This document shows positions 18,771 through 28,582 of a stretch of DNA of 64,000 bases, piece by piece; within the stretch, counting starts at the first letter, position 1, and every line of letters starts with the position of its first letter. Position numbers and translations under genes: made by a program. This stretch comes from an uncultured delta proteobacterium (lineage in GTDB: Bacteria; Myxococcota_A; UBA9160; SMWR01). Location of the stretch: positions 640,001 through 704,000 of the forward strand of contig CAWHTE010000003.1 in the NCBI GenBank assembly GCA_963832165.1. The letters run 5' to 3'. The notes beneath the pieces are model-generated. The model was not told the DNA's origin, ran no database searches, and saw nothing but the letters and a program-made list of their open reading frames with translations.

Positions 18771-20261
18771 ATGTCCGCTTTTCCCGTCGGGTCGATCCGC
18801 ATCGAGGTCGAGCACCGCAATCCCGGTGCCGACGGTGGCCCCACGCTGCGCGTGCGCGATGCCGAGGGACGCGAGCGGCTGCGCTTCGACTGCTTCGCGC
18901 GCGGCGGTCACTGGCACCTCGATCCCGCCGGGCGCGATCAGATCACGCAGTTCGAAGAGGGCTTCGACTCGCTCGGCTGGACGCTCGCGGAGCTGCGCCG
19001 GGATCTCGACGGCCTGCTCGCGCGCGCGGGGCTGGCCACGCCTGCGCTGCCCGCGCGCGAGCTCGCTGATGCGATCGATGCGGTGGAGCGCGCGATGCGC
19101 AATCCGCCCGCGGCGCTCGACGACGTGCGCCCCTCGGCGCGGCGCCCGAGCCGCGGCGAGAAGTGGACCACGTATCCCGACGACGTGCTGCCGCTCTGGG
19201 TGGCCGACATGGACTTCCCGATCGCCGAGCCGATCCGCCGCGTGCTGCGCTTCGCAGTCGAGCGCTCCGACGTCGGCTATCCGATCCACCCCGCGCCGAC
19301 TCCGATTCCCGATCTCACGGCGGCGCGCATGAAGCGCCTCCACGGTTGGTCGGTGGCACCCGAGCGCGTCGAGGTTCTCTCCGACGTCGTGCAGGGCATG
19401 TACACGGCCGTGTATCAGTTCTCCGAGCCCGGCGACGGAGTGGTCGTGCAGACGCCGATCTACCCGCCGTTCGTCGGCAGCGTGGCGAAGCAGGGCCGCC
19501 GGCTCGACGAGAATCCGCTCGCGCTGGGGGAGGGCGGCTATACGATCGATCTCGACCAGCTGCGCCGTACGACCGATGCGCGTACGCGCGTCCTCCTGCT
19601 GTGCAATCCGCACAACCCGACCGGCCGCGTGTTCCGGCGCGAGGAGCTGGAAGCGCTCGCGGCGCTCGCGGTCGAACGCGACTGGGTGGTGGTGGCGGAC
19701 GAGATCCACCAGGACCTCGTGTTCCCGGGCCACCGCCACGTGCCGTTCGCGTCGCTGAGTCCCGACGTCGAGGCGCGCACGATCACGCTCACCGCAGCGT
19801 CGAAAGCGTTCAACATCGCGGGGCTGCGCTGCGGCGTCGCCATCTTCGGATCCGACGAGTTGAAGCGGCGCTTCTGCTCGCTGCCGCGTCACATTCGCGG
19901 CGGGATCGGCATGCTCGGGATCGAGGCGCTCGACGCGGCGTGGCGGTACAGCGAGCCGTGGCTCGACCAGGTGCGTGGATATCTCGAGGCGAATCGCGCG
20001 TACGTGATCGATTTCGTTCGCGACGAGCTGCCCGGCGTCGTACTGCATCCGCCCGAGGCCACCTACCTCGCATGGCTCGACTGCCGCGCGCTCGAGCTCC
20101 GGCCGAGCCCGTTCGCGTTCTTCCTCGAGAAGGCAAAGGTGGCGCTTTCCGACGGCGCGACCTTCGGAGCCCCGGGCCGCGGATTCGCGCGGATCAATTT
20201 CGCGACCTCGCGCGCGATCCTGTCCGACGCACTCGAGCGGATGGCCAAGGCACTCCGGTAG
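18771..20261 (+). CDS. PatB/MalY-type PLP C-S lyase/aminotransferase with an extra ~110-aa N-terminal domain
   Basis: PLWVADMDF, CNPHNPTG, DEIH, SKAFNIAG, EATYLAW, RINFAT; N-terminal LRFDCF..HWH domain. Confidence 0.88.
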   Translation: MSAFPVGSIRIEVEHRNPGADGGPTLRVRDAEGRERLRFDCFARGGHWHLDPAGRDQITQFEEGFDSLGWTLAELRRDLDGLLARAGLATPALPARELADAIDAVERAMRNPPAALDDVRPSARRPSRGEKWTTYPDDVLPLWVADMDFPIAEPIRRVLRFAVERSDVGYPIHPAPTPIPDLTAARMKRLHGWSVAPERVEVLSDVVQGMYTAVYQFSEPGDGVVVQTPIYPPFVGSVAKQGRRLDENPLALGEGGYTIDLDQLRRTTDARTRVLLLCNPHNPTGRVFRREELEALAALAVERDWVVVADEIHQDLVFPGHRHVPFASLSPDVEARTITLTAASKAFNIAGLRCGVAIFGSDELKRRFCSLPRHIRGGIGMLGIEALDAAWRYSEPWLDQVRGYLEANRAYVIDFVRDELPGVVLHPPEATYLAWLDCRALELRPSPFAFFLEKAKVALSDGATFGAPGRGFARINFATSRAILSDALERMAKALR

Positions 20262-20299
20262 AGCGCGCGGTATCGTCGGGCGCCTCGAGGAGGGTCTGC

Positions 20300-21412
20300 A
20301 TGCCGACGATGTGGAAGCGCGATCTCGAGGCTGACGGGCGGAAGCTGGAGCGCTGGCTGCACGCGCGTCTGCCGCGCGCGAGCGAGTTGCGCATGTCGCC
20401 ACTCGTATCGCCGACCTCGTCGGGGTTCTCGAACGAGACGCTGCTGTTCGATCTCGCGTGGACCGAAGACGGGCGCGCGAAGAGCGAGAAGCTCGTCGTT
20501 CGGATCCAACCGATCGGCTACCAGGTGTTCCCGGAGTACGACCTCGGGTTGCAGTTCCGCACGATGCAGCTCCTGTCGGCCACGGACGTGCCGGTGCCGC
20601 GCGTGCTCTGGCTCGAGACCGAGGACACGTCGATCTTCGGCGCGCCGTTCTACGTGATGGCTCAGGTCGCGGGTCGCGTACCGAGCGATCAGCCGCCCTA
20701 TCACACGGCGGGCTGGATGACCGAGATCAGCCCCGCCGAGCGCGAGGCGATCTGGCTGGGCGGATTCGATGCGATGGCGCGCATCCACCGCCTCGATCTC
20801 GATGCGACGGGCTTCGGATTCCTGCGTCGGCCGCACCTCGGCGGGACGCCCCTCGAGCAGGAGATCGCCTACTACGAGAAGTATTACGAGTGGGCGGCGT
20901 GCGGTCGCGAGAACCCCGTGATCGAGGCCGCCCACGACTGGCTCGTCGCGAACAAGCCCAGCGGCGAGCGCGAAGGTCTGGTGTGGGGCGACGCGCGGAT
21001 CGGCAACATGATCTTCGACGGCACCAAGCCCGCGGCAGTGCTCGATTGGGAGATGGTGAGCTGCGGCAGCCCCGAGCGCGACGTCGGCTGGGCGATCTTC
21101 CTCGATCGCCATCACAGCGAGGGGATCGATGCGCCGCGCCTCGAGGGATTCCCCTCCTACGAAGCGACGCTCGCGTACTACCAGGAGCGCTCGGGACACG
21201 AGGTCCGGAACCTGCACTACTACCAGGTCTTCGCGGGCTGGCGCTTTGCGATCATCATGCTGCGGATCGCGCAGCAGATCGTGCACTACGAGCTCGCGAC
21301 GCGGGAGCAGGGTCGCGAACTGGAGCTCAACAACACCGTCACGCGCCTGACGGCGAAGCTGCTCGATCTCACCTCACCGGGTGCAGGCAGCGGAGATTTC
21401 TCCAGATCGTGA
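20300..21412 (+). CDS. Aminoglycoside-phosphotransferase-family (APH/ACAD10-like) protein
   Basis: GFSNET, WGDARIGN, VLDWEM; GGAGG RBS. Confidence 0.88.
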   Translation: MPTMWKRDLEADGRKLERWLHARLPRASELRMSPLVSPTSSGFSNETLLFDLAWTEDGRAKSEKLVVRIQPIGYQVFPEYDLGLQFRTMQLLSATDVPVPRVLWLETEDTSIFGAPFYVMAQVAGRVPSDQPPYHTAGWMTEISPAEREAIWLGGFDAMARIHRLDLDATGFGFLRRPHLGGTPLEQEIAYYEKYYEWAACGRENPVIEAAHDWLVANKPSGEREGLVWGDARIGNMIFDGTKPAAVLDWEMVSCGSPERDVGWAIFLDRHHSEGIDAPRLEGFPSYEATLAYYQERSGHEVRNLHYYQVFAGWRFAIIMLRIAQQIVHYELATREQGRELELNNTVTRLTAKLLDLTSPGAGSGDFSRS

Positions 21413-21454
21413 CGGCGCCGCCTCTCATATGATCGACCGCGCGCGGAGGAAACG

Positions 21455-22429
21455 ATGACCGAGATCCAGACCGTCACCGGTGGGACCACACCCGACCGGC
21501 TCGGCCGTACGCTCATGCACGAGCATCTGCTGATCGGCTATCCGGGCTCCGACGTCGACTGGGTGAACCCGGGTCCGTCGCGCCGCGAGCGCGTCGAGCG
21601 CTGCGTCGAGCGGATCGAGGAGATGAAGGGGCTCGGCTACACGGCCCTGCTCGACCCGTGTCCGAGCGATCTCGGTCGCGATGTGGAGCTGATGGCCGAG
21701 GTCGCCCAGCGCACGCGCTTCCAGCTGATCTGCGCGACGGGGCTCTACAAGGAAGCCGAGGGCGCGACCGCGTACTGGAAGTTCAGGATGAACTTCGGCT
21801 CGGTGGTCGACGCCATGGCGGATCTGTTCATCCGCGAGCTCAGCGAGGGGATCGCGGGCACCGGGATCCGCGCGGGCATCATCAAGGTGGGAACCGGTCA
21901 CGGCACGCTCACCCAGTACGAGAAAGCCGTGTTCGAGGCGGCCGCGAAGGCGTCGCTCGCCACGGGCGCGCCGATCACGACCCACACCGACGAGGGGCGC
22001 TACGGCGACGATCAGCAGGCGTTCCTCGTCGGGCACGGCGTGCCCGCGCACCGGATCGTGATCGGCCACTCGTGCGGCACGAGCGACACGGCGTACCACT
22101 CGAAGATTGCGCGGGGTGGCTCGTACCTCGGCTTCGACCGCTTCGGCCTCGACCTGCTCCATCCCGATGCGGAGCGAGTCGCGTCGCTCGCGCGGCTCGT
22201 CAAGGAAGGCTTCGGCCGCCAGATCGTCGTGTCGCACGACTCGGTCTGGTGCTGGAACGGGACGCCGTTCCCGCCTGCGATTGGGGAGCAGATGGAGAAG
22301 ATCTGGAACCCGACCCACTTCGCGACGCGGATCGTTCCGCGCCTGCGCGAGGCGGGCGTCTCGGAGTCGGAGATCGACGCACTGGTGCTCGACAACCCGC
22401 GCCGGTTCTTCGCGGGCGAAGCGCTGTAG
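21455..22429 (+). CDS. Phosphotriesterase-family metallohydrolase
   Basis: TLMHEH, GIIKVG, ITTHT, IGHS, VSHD, DNPRRFF. Confidence 0.9.
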   Translation: MTEIQTVTGGTTPDRLGRTLMHEHLLIGYPGSDVDWVNPGPSRRERVERCVERIEEMKGLGYTALLDPCPSDLGRDVELMAEVAQRTRFQLICATGLYKEAEGATAYWKFRMNFGSVVDAMADLFIRELSEGIAGTGIRAGIIKVGTGHGTLTQYEKAVFEAAAKASLATGAPITTHTDEGRYGDDQQAFLVGHGVPAHRIVIGHSCGTSDTAYHSKIARGGSYLGFDRFGLDLLHPDAERVASLARLVKEGFGRQIVVSHDSVWCWNGTPFPPAIGEQMEKIWNPTHFATRIVPRLREAGVSESEIDALVLDNPRRFFAGEAL

Positions 22430-23092
22430 CTAGGCGGCCGTTCGGATCCGCTTCCGGAACGCGAGCGACACGAGCCCCAGCGCGAGCAGCGCTGCCGTGG
22501 ACGGCTCGGGGATCGCGAGCACCTCGAGCGACATGCCGCCGATGTTGTCGCCCGTAAACCCGTCGTTGATCGAGAATCCGACCAGCCCCGACGAGGTGAC
22601 AGTGAACGTCGACGACTCGTAGCCCGGACGGGCATCTGCAGCCGTCGGATAGACGAGGTGATCGTCGACGTGGTAGCGATCCGTCTCCGACCCGCTCTGG
22701 ATCCAGTAGTCGTCGATCTGCCCAGCGCCTCCGGGCTGTGCACCTACCGGGATGAGCGCCGGCCCACTCACGCTGACCGCGCTGATCGCGTCCGAGATCA
22801 CGTCGTAGGAGTTCTTCCAGCCCTCCACGGTCGTGGGAACGGTCTGGGTACAGCCGCTGGGCGTGGCGCAGGTCGTGGTGCCGAAGGGATTCCACGCGTC
22901 GTAGGTGCCGCCTGGGAGTCCGATGGGCACCACCGTATAGGTGCCCGCCGCGAGGAACACCTGAACCGGGTTGGCGACGTTGTTCTGGGTGCCGTCGATG
23001 TTGATGATCAACGCGTCGGCGGAGCGGGCCGCGGTCACCGAAGTAACGGCCAGGGCTAACAGAACCAGCAAACGGCGCGACAAGCGCTTCAT
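22430..23092 (-). CDS. PEP-CTERM sorting-domain secreted protein
   Basis: Signal peptide; C-terminal IPEPSTAALLALGLVSLAFRKRIR. Confidence 0.88.
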   Translation of the reverse strand: MKRLSRRLLVLLALAVTSVTAARSADALIINIDGTQNNVANPVQVFLAAGTYTVVPIGLPGGTYDAWNPFGTTTCATPSGCTQTVPTTVEGWKNSYDVISDAISAVSVSGPALIPVGAQPGGAGQIDDYWIQSGSETDRYHVDDHLVYPTAADARPGYESSTFTVTSSGLVGFSINDGFTGDNIGGMSLEVLAIPEPSTAALLALGLVSLAFRKRIRTAA

Positions 23093-23192
23093 CGCATCTC
23101 CCTTCCCGGAGAGTTCCAGCTCAGCTGCAGCGCGAGAATTGGCCCGGCCTATGATAATCGCTCGCCCGCGCGCGGCAAAGAGAAAAAATTGC

Positions 23193-24215
23193 TTACAGGT
23201 CGCGCAGTTCAGCGATCGCACGCGCGGCGAGCGCGTCGTCGGCCGCATCTGCTGGCAGCGGAAAACTCACGCAGCTCGCGAGATTGCCGTACCAGTTGCG
23301 TATCACCGACGCGATCTCGGTGTAGCTGCCCTGGGGCACGAGCACATCGAGCATCTCGTCGCTGATCGCGCCTGCCATCTCTCCCCATTTGCCCTCGCGC
23401 GTGAGCTGGTGCAGGCGCTCGCCGACGGGACGCCACCCGAACAGCTCGAGCGAGGGCCAGTACCCGGGGGTCGAGTAGAGGAAGGTGAGCAGCTCGCGCG
23501 CGTGCTCGCGCTCGCGCGCGACTGCGGCCGCGTCGCGTCCCGTCGCGATGAAGCCGCCCGCGAGCAGCTCGAGGCGATGGGCGTCGCGCGCGCCGCGCTT
23601 CGCGCCTGCGGCGAGCGACGGCTGCGTCGCCTCGCGCAGAAAGCGCGGTGACGTGTTCGTGGGGTGGGTCATGAGGCCGTCGGCCACTTCGCCCGCGAGC
23701 TCGGTCATCTTCGGGCCGACCGCGCCGAGATAGATCGGGATGTCGGGATGCTCGATCGGGCCCGGGTTGAAGAATGGCTGGAGCCGCGTGAAGCGATACT
23801 GCTCGCCCTCGAACGAGAGTGCGCTGCCGGTCTGGAACGCGCGCCAGATCTCGCGCAGCGCGAGCACGTACTCGCGCATGCGCGCCACGGGCGCGGTCCA
23901 CGGCGTCGAATAGCGGCGCTCGATGTTGCCGCGCACCTGCGTGCCGAGGCCGAGCTCGAAGCGGCCGCCCGACGCAGCCGCGAGATCCCAGGCCGCGATC
24001 GCAACCAGCATGGGGCTGCGCGGAAACGCGACGAGAACGCTGGTGGCCGTATGCAATCGCTTCGTGACGCGCAGCGCCGCATGACACAGGAGCAGTCCGT
24101 CGTGGACCGCGTCGGGCACACACAGGCCATCGTATCCGAGCGCCTCGACGCGCCGCGCATGGTCCTCGATCGAGTCGAGGCCCATGCGCTGATCCATCGT
24201 CGCGTAGACGCGCAT
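23193..24215 (-). CDS. LLM-class (probable F420-dependent) oxidoreductase
   Basis: AFPRSPM, RFELGLGTQVRGNIERRY, AVGPKM, ADGLMTHP. Confidence 0.88.
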   Translation of the reverse strand: MRVYATMDQRMGLDSIEDHARRVEALGYDGLCVPDAVHDGLLLCHAALRVTKRLHTATSVLVAFPRSPMLVAIAAWDLAAASGGRFELGLGTQVRGNIERRYSTPWTAPVARMREYVLALREIWRAFQTGSALSFEGEQYRFTRLQPFFNPGPIEHPDIPIYLGAVGPKMTELAGEVADGLMTHPTNTSPRFLREATQPSLAAGAKRGARDAHRLELLAGGFIATGRDAAAVAREREHARELLTFLYSTPGYWPSLELFGWRPVGERLHQLTREGKWGEMAGAISDEMLDVLVPQGSYTEIASVIRNWYGNLASCVSFPLPADAADDALAARAIAELRDL

Positions 24216-24226
24216 GCGCGTCCCGA

Positions 24227-24979
24227 TCAGGCGAGCGTTCCGCCGTCGACGAGGATGTCCACTCCGTTGATGTGGGCGGCATCGTCGGAGGCGAGGAACG
24301 CGATCAGGCTCGCGACGGTCTCGGGACCGCGCGGCTGATCGAGCGCCATCTGGCGCATTACCAGCTTCATGTCGGCGTCCTTGGGCAGGCCTGCGCCGCC
24401 CGCGGTCATCGGCGTCTTGATCGAGCCTGGGCACACCGAGTTCACGCGGACGCCGCGCTTGCCGTACTCGACCGCGAGCGTCTTCGTGAACGAGAGCACG
24501 GCGCCTTTCGACGCCGCGTAGGCCGACCCGTACGCGAGCCCCGCCTTCGCGGCCACGGACGATACGTTCACGATGTTGCCCTTCGAGACGAGCAGGTGGG
24601 GCAGCGCGGCGCGGCACACGAGAAAGGTGCCGTCCGCATTCACCGACTGGATCTGCCGCCACTGCGCGAAGGTCATCTCGTGCGCGTGCGCGAAGCGAAG
24701 GATGCCCGCGACGTGGCAGAGCGCGTCGAGACGGCCGAAGCGCGCGATGCACGCGTCGACGGCTGCGTTCACGGACGCTTCGTCGGAGACGTCGCACACG
24801 CGCGCGTCGCTGTCGACGCCGAGCGACGCGGCATGCTTCGCGGCGCTCTCGACCGCTTCGGCCTGCACGTCGACGCAGAAGACGCGGCCACCCTCGCTCG
24901 CGATCCGCTCTACCGTGGCGCGCCCGATCCCGGATGCGGCCCCCGTGATCAGCACCGATCGACCTTCGAACCGTCGCAT
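24227..24979 (-). CDS. Short-chain dehydrogenase/reductase
   Basis: ITGAASGIG, YAASK, RVNSVCPG, VDGG. Confidence 0.92.
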   Translation of the reverse strand: MRRFEGRSVLITGAASGIGRATVERIASEGGRVFCVDVQAEAVESAAKHAASLGVDSDARVCDVSDEASVNAAVDACIARFGRLDALCHVAGILRFAHAHEMTFAQWRQIQSVNADGTFLVCRAALPHLLVSKGNIVNVSSVAAKAGLAYGSAYAASKGAVLSFTKTLAVEYGKRGVRVNSVCPGSIKTPMTAGGAGLPKDADMKLVMRQMALDQPRGPETVASLIAFLASDDAAHINGVDILVDGGTLA

Positions 24980-25081
24980 GATGGCCCTCCCAACCGATGG
25001 TCTTCGCTCGCGTTCGGCTCGCTGCGCGCAGCTTGCCGCAGGAAGCGGCCCAGAGTAAGGCAGTCGCTCGCGGGGCGCCGC

Positions 25082-26053
25082 TCAGCGCGGCGCGAGGTCG
25101 CGCGCAGCCTGCTGCGGGTCGACGCCGAGCGGCAGCAGCGCGAGCACGGGCGTCGTGACGCCGTTGGCGACGTAGCGCTGGATGTGCTCGCGGCACTTCT
25201 CGGGCGGGCCGTGCACGATCAGCTCGTCGACGACGGAGTCGGGGATCGCCGCGGCGGCGCCCTTTCGATCGCCCGCTCGCCACTTGCTCCACATCGCGCC
25301 GAGCAGGTCCGCCCGGCCGAGCCACTCGTGGAACGCCGCGTACACGGGCACGTTGAGGTAGGCGTTCACGGCCAGGCGGGCGAGACCGCGCACGGCATCG
25401 GCGTTCGGATTCGGACACACGAAGATCCGCGCGACGATCTCCGGCGGGGCCGTTCGCTGCGCCGCCGCCGCGCGCACGATCGGAACGACGGTCTTCACGT
25501 CGTCAGCCGAGAGCCAATTGATGATCGCACCGTCGCTCTCGCGCCCTGCGAGGCGCAGCATGCCCTCGCGCAGCGCGGCGATCAGGATCGTGGGCTGTGA
25601 ATCGACGGGGACGCCGAGGCGAAAGTTCTTCACCGAGAAGGTCTCGAACTCTTCGCTGATCTTCTCGCCAGTGAGGGCTCGGCGCAGAAAGCGCGTGGTG
25701 TCGCGCACGCGCGCGTAGGGCTTTTCGAACTTGATCCCGTTCCAGTTCTCGACGATCACGTTGGACGACGAGCCGAGCCCGATCGCGACGCGCCCCGGCG
25801 CCGCCTGTGCGAGCGCCGCTGTGCTCATCGCGAGCAGCGCGGGACCGCGCGTATAGACCGGGAAGATCGCGCAGCCGAGGCGCGCCTCGGGGGCCCACTG
25901 CGAGGCGAGCACGAGCGGTGTGAAGCCGTCGGCGCCGTCGGACTCGGCCGTCCACAAGTCGGTGTAACCGAGGTCGACGAGCTCGCGGATGCTGTCGCGC
26001 TGCTGCGCGAGCGGCGCCCGAGCGACCGGGATCGTGACTCCATAGCGTGACAT
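25082..26053 (-). CDS. LLM-class (probable F420-dependent) oxidoreductase
   Basis: WTAESDGADGF, YTRGPA, IGLGSSS, AALREGMLRLAG. Confidence 0.88.
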   Translation of the reverse strand: MSRYGVTIPVARAPLAQQRDSIRELVDLGYTDLWTAESDGADGFTPLVLASQWAPEARLGCAIFPVYTRGPALLAMSTAALAQAAPGRVAIGLGSSSNVIVENWNGIKFEKPYARVRDTTRFLRRALTGEKISEEFETFSVKNFRLGVPVDSQPTILIAALREGMLRLAGRESDGAIINWLSADDVKTVVPIVRAAAAQRTAPPEIVARIFVCPNPNADAVRGLARLAVNAYLNVPVYAAFHEWLGRADLLGAMWSKWRAGDRKGAAAAIPDSVVDELIVHGPPEKCREHIQRYVANGVTTPVLALLPLGVDPQQAARDLAPR

Positions 26054-26080
26054 CGGGGTACTCCCAGGATTGGCAGTCGG

Positions 26081-26761
26081 TTAATTCCCGCGCTTCGCAG
26101 TGACGGATCGCGCGAATTCGATCAGCGCCGCGTGGAACTCGTCGGGTCGATCGAGATAGCAAGGGTGTCGTGCTCCCTTCAGGATCACGAGGCGGCTGTC
26201 CTTCACCCAGGAGTGGAGCGCCTTCCCCTGCGAGAGCGGAACGACGGCGTCGTTCTCGCCCCAGACGATCAGCGTCGGCAGCGTGAGATTGCGCAGCGCG
26301 CTCTCGTAGGTGGCCAGTTCCACCGGCGCCACGGCGACGAAGCCGCCGATCCGCTCCGGATGCCCGGTCACGACCGGCAGCGAGAAGCGCCCGCTCATCG
26401 AAGGAGAAACCACGATCGGAGCTTCGAGCTTCTGGGCCGCGATGAACCCGGCCAGATCGACGGTCGCGCCCGGCGGCGGCGCGGGCGACGCACCATATCC
26501 CGGGAGGTCGAGCGCCACTGCGCGGAAGCCCTCCTTCGCGAGCTTCTCGAGCGTTCCGAGCTGCTTCCATGTTCCGCTGTGGAAGCGGGCTCCGTGCAGC
26601 AAGAGCACCGGTGTTCCTGCCGCAGGCCCGGCCTCGAGCCAATGAAACTCGAGTTTCCCGATCTTTGCTTGCTGGGAACGGATCTCGAGCGCCGGCTCCG
26701 CGGCGTGGCACACCGCGCACGACAAGAGCATTCCGGCGATCGAGAGCGCGGTGGTGCGCAC
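26081..26761 (-). CDS. Secreted alpha/beta hydrolase, ABHD14-like (start uncertain)
   Basis: LLLHGARF, DLPGYG, SPSMSG nucleophile motif, RHPCYLD. Confidence 0.82.
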   Translation of the reverse strand: MRTTALSIAGMLLSCAVCHAAEPALEIRSQQAKIGKLEFHWLEAGPAAGTPVLLLHGARFHSGTWKQLGTLEKLAKEGFRAVALDLPGYGASPAPPPGATVDLAGFIAAQKLEAPIVVSPSMSGRFSLPVVTGHPERIGGFVAVAPVELATYESALRNLTLPTLIVWGENDAVVPLSQGKALHSWVKDSRLVILKGARHPCYLDRPDEFHAALIEFARSVTAKRGN

Positions 26762-26835
26762 GGTTCTCCCGGGGATCTTGACCCGACTATACTGCTCCGA
26801 TCCGCGCGCCGAGGCGCGCTCCGGAGGAAATGCAC

Positions 26836-27921
26836 ATGAAGGCCGCCGTGATGCGCGCGAACAAGACACCGCTCTCGATCGAGGATGTGGAGCTCGCGGC
26901 GCCTGGACCGCGCGAGGTGCGAGTGCGCACGCATGCGTGCGGAGTCTGTCACAGCGATCTGCACGTACTCGATGGCTCGATTCCGGTGCCGCCGCCGTGC
27001 GTGCTCGGACACGAGCCGGCCGGGGTCGTGGAGGAAGTGGGCCGGGACGTCGAGTACGTGCGGCCCGGCGATCATGTGATCGCGTGCCTGTCGGTGTTCT
27101 GCGGCACCTGCAAATACTGCCTCTCGGGTCGCACGAATCTCTGCGGCGGCATGGCCACGGTGCGCAAGCCCGGTGAGCCGCCGCGGATCTCACAGAAGGG
27201 CGCACCGATCGGACAGTTCGCACACCTCTCCGGCTTCGCTGAGCAGATGCTCGTGCACGAGAATGCGCTCGTGAAGATCCGCGAAGACATGCCGCTCGAG
27301 CAGGCGGCGCTGATCGGATGCGGCGTCACGACGGGCGTGGGTGCGGCACTCAACACGGCGCAGATCGCGCCTGGCAGCAGCGTCGCGGTGATCGGCTGCG
27401 GCGGTGTGGGGCTCTCCGCGCTGCAGGGCGCTCGGATCGCCGGCGCCGGCCGGATCATCGCGGTGGACACCGTGCCCTGGAAGCTCGAGCTCGCGCGCAA
27501 GCTCGGCGCGAGCGACGCCGTGAACGCGGCCGATGGCGACGCCGTGGCCGCGGTGAAGGAGCTCACGTCCGGCGGCGTGGAGACCGCGTTCGAGTGCATC
27601 GGCACGGCGCCGACCTGCCAGCAGGCGGTCGCGATGCTGTGCCGGGGCGGCACCGCCGTGATGGTGGGCGTGGTGCCGATCGGTGTGCAGGTCGGGCTCT
27701 CGCTCTTCGACCTCGTGCTCTCGGGCAAGCGCGTGATCGGCTCGATGATGGGCGACAACCAGTTCCGGATCGACATGCCGCGTTACTGCAACTTCTATCT
27801 CGACGGCCGGCTGCGCCTCGACGAGATGATCTCCGCGCGCATCCGGCTCGAAGACGTCAACGACGCGTTCGAGAAGATGAAGGCCGGCACGGTGGCGCGC
27901 TCGGTGATCGTGTTCGACTAA
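26836..27921 (+). CDS. Zn-dependent alcohol dehydrogenase
   Basis: GVCHSD, LGHE, CGTCKYC..C, GCGGVG; GGAGG RBS. Confidence 0.93.
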   Translation: MKAAVMRANKTPLSIEDVELAAPGPREVRVRTHACGVCHSDLHVLDGSIPVPPPCVLGHEPAGVVEEVGRDVEYVRPGDHVIACLSVFCGTCKYCLSGRTNLCGGMATVRKPGEPPRISQKGAPIGQFAHLSGFAEQMLVHENALVKIREDMPLEQAALIGCGVTTGVGAALNTAQIAPGSSVAVIGCGGVGLSALQGARIAGAGRIIAVDTVPWKLELARKLGASDAVNAADGDAVAAVKELTSGGVETAFECIGTAPTCQQAVAMLCRGGTAVMVGVVPIGVQVGLSLFDLVLSGKRVIGSMMGDNQFRIDMPRYCNFYLDGRLRLDEMISARIRLEDVNDAFEKMKAGTVARSVIVFD

Positions 27922-27939
27922 CCACGAGGGGGTCGGCTC

Positions 27940-28563
27940 TTGAAGCGCGGGCACAGGGGGCTCTGGGTCGCGTCGGTCGCATGGCTCGCGATGAGCATGC
28001 TCGGGAAGTCTTCGGGGGACAAACGGGACACGATCGACACCATCGTGATCCACACGATCGGCGGGCCGTCCTGCAGCGACGAGGGCGAGGTTCAGTTCAA
28101 GCCCGTGAAGGGCAATGCGCGCACGTGGAAGAGCTGGTTCGAGGACGAAGAGATCAAGGGCATCCACTACATCGTGGATCGCGAAGGAGTGGCGCTCGCG
28201 AGCATCTCCGAAGACGAGGTCGCCAACCACGTGGTCGGCCACAACCAGACGTCGATCGGCATCGAGCTCGTGAACACGGGGGACGGCGTCGATCCGTTCC
28301 CGAAGGTTCAGATCGATTCTCTAGTGACGCTCCTGTGCGACATCGCGGCGCGCCAGGATCTGACGGCGTCGAACATCAAGGGCCACCAGGACCTGGACGA
28401 CGGCACGATCACGTGCGGTGGCGAGGAGACGCGCAGGAAGGTGGATCCCGGGTCGCTCTTTCCCTGGGAGGACGTGCTGAACCGCGTCGAGGCGTGCCTC
28501 GCCACGGATGACGAAGAGACGGGTGAGGAGGCGCCGGTCTCGGGCGAAGAAGCCACGGACTGA
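27940..28563 (+). CDS. N-acetylmuramoyl-L-alanine amidase (Amidase_2)
   Basis: IVIHT, HYIVD, ANHV..HN..SIGIEL, GHQD, KVDPG. Confidence 0.85.
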   Translation: MKRGHRGLWVASVAWLAMSMLGKSSGDKRDTIDTIVIHTIGGPSCSDEGEVQFKPVKGNARTWKSWFEDEEIKGIHYIVDREGVALASISEDEVANHVVGHNQTSIGIELVNTGDGVDPFPKVQIDSLVTLLCDIAARQDLTASNIKGHQDLDDGTITCGGEETRRKVDPGSLFPWEDVLNRVEACLATDDEETGEEAPVSGEEATD

Positions 28564-28582
28564 TCGCGCATTCGGACGGACC

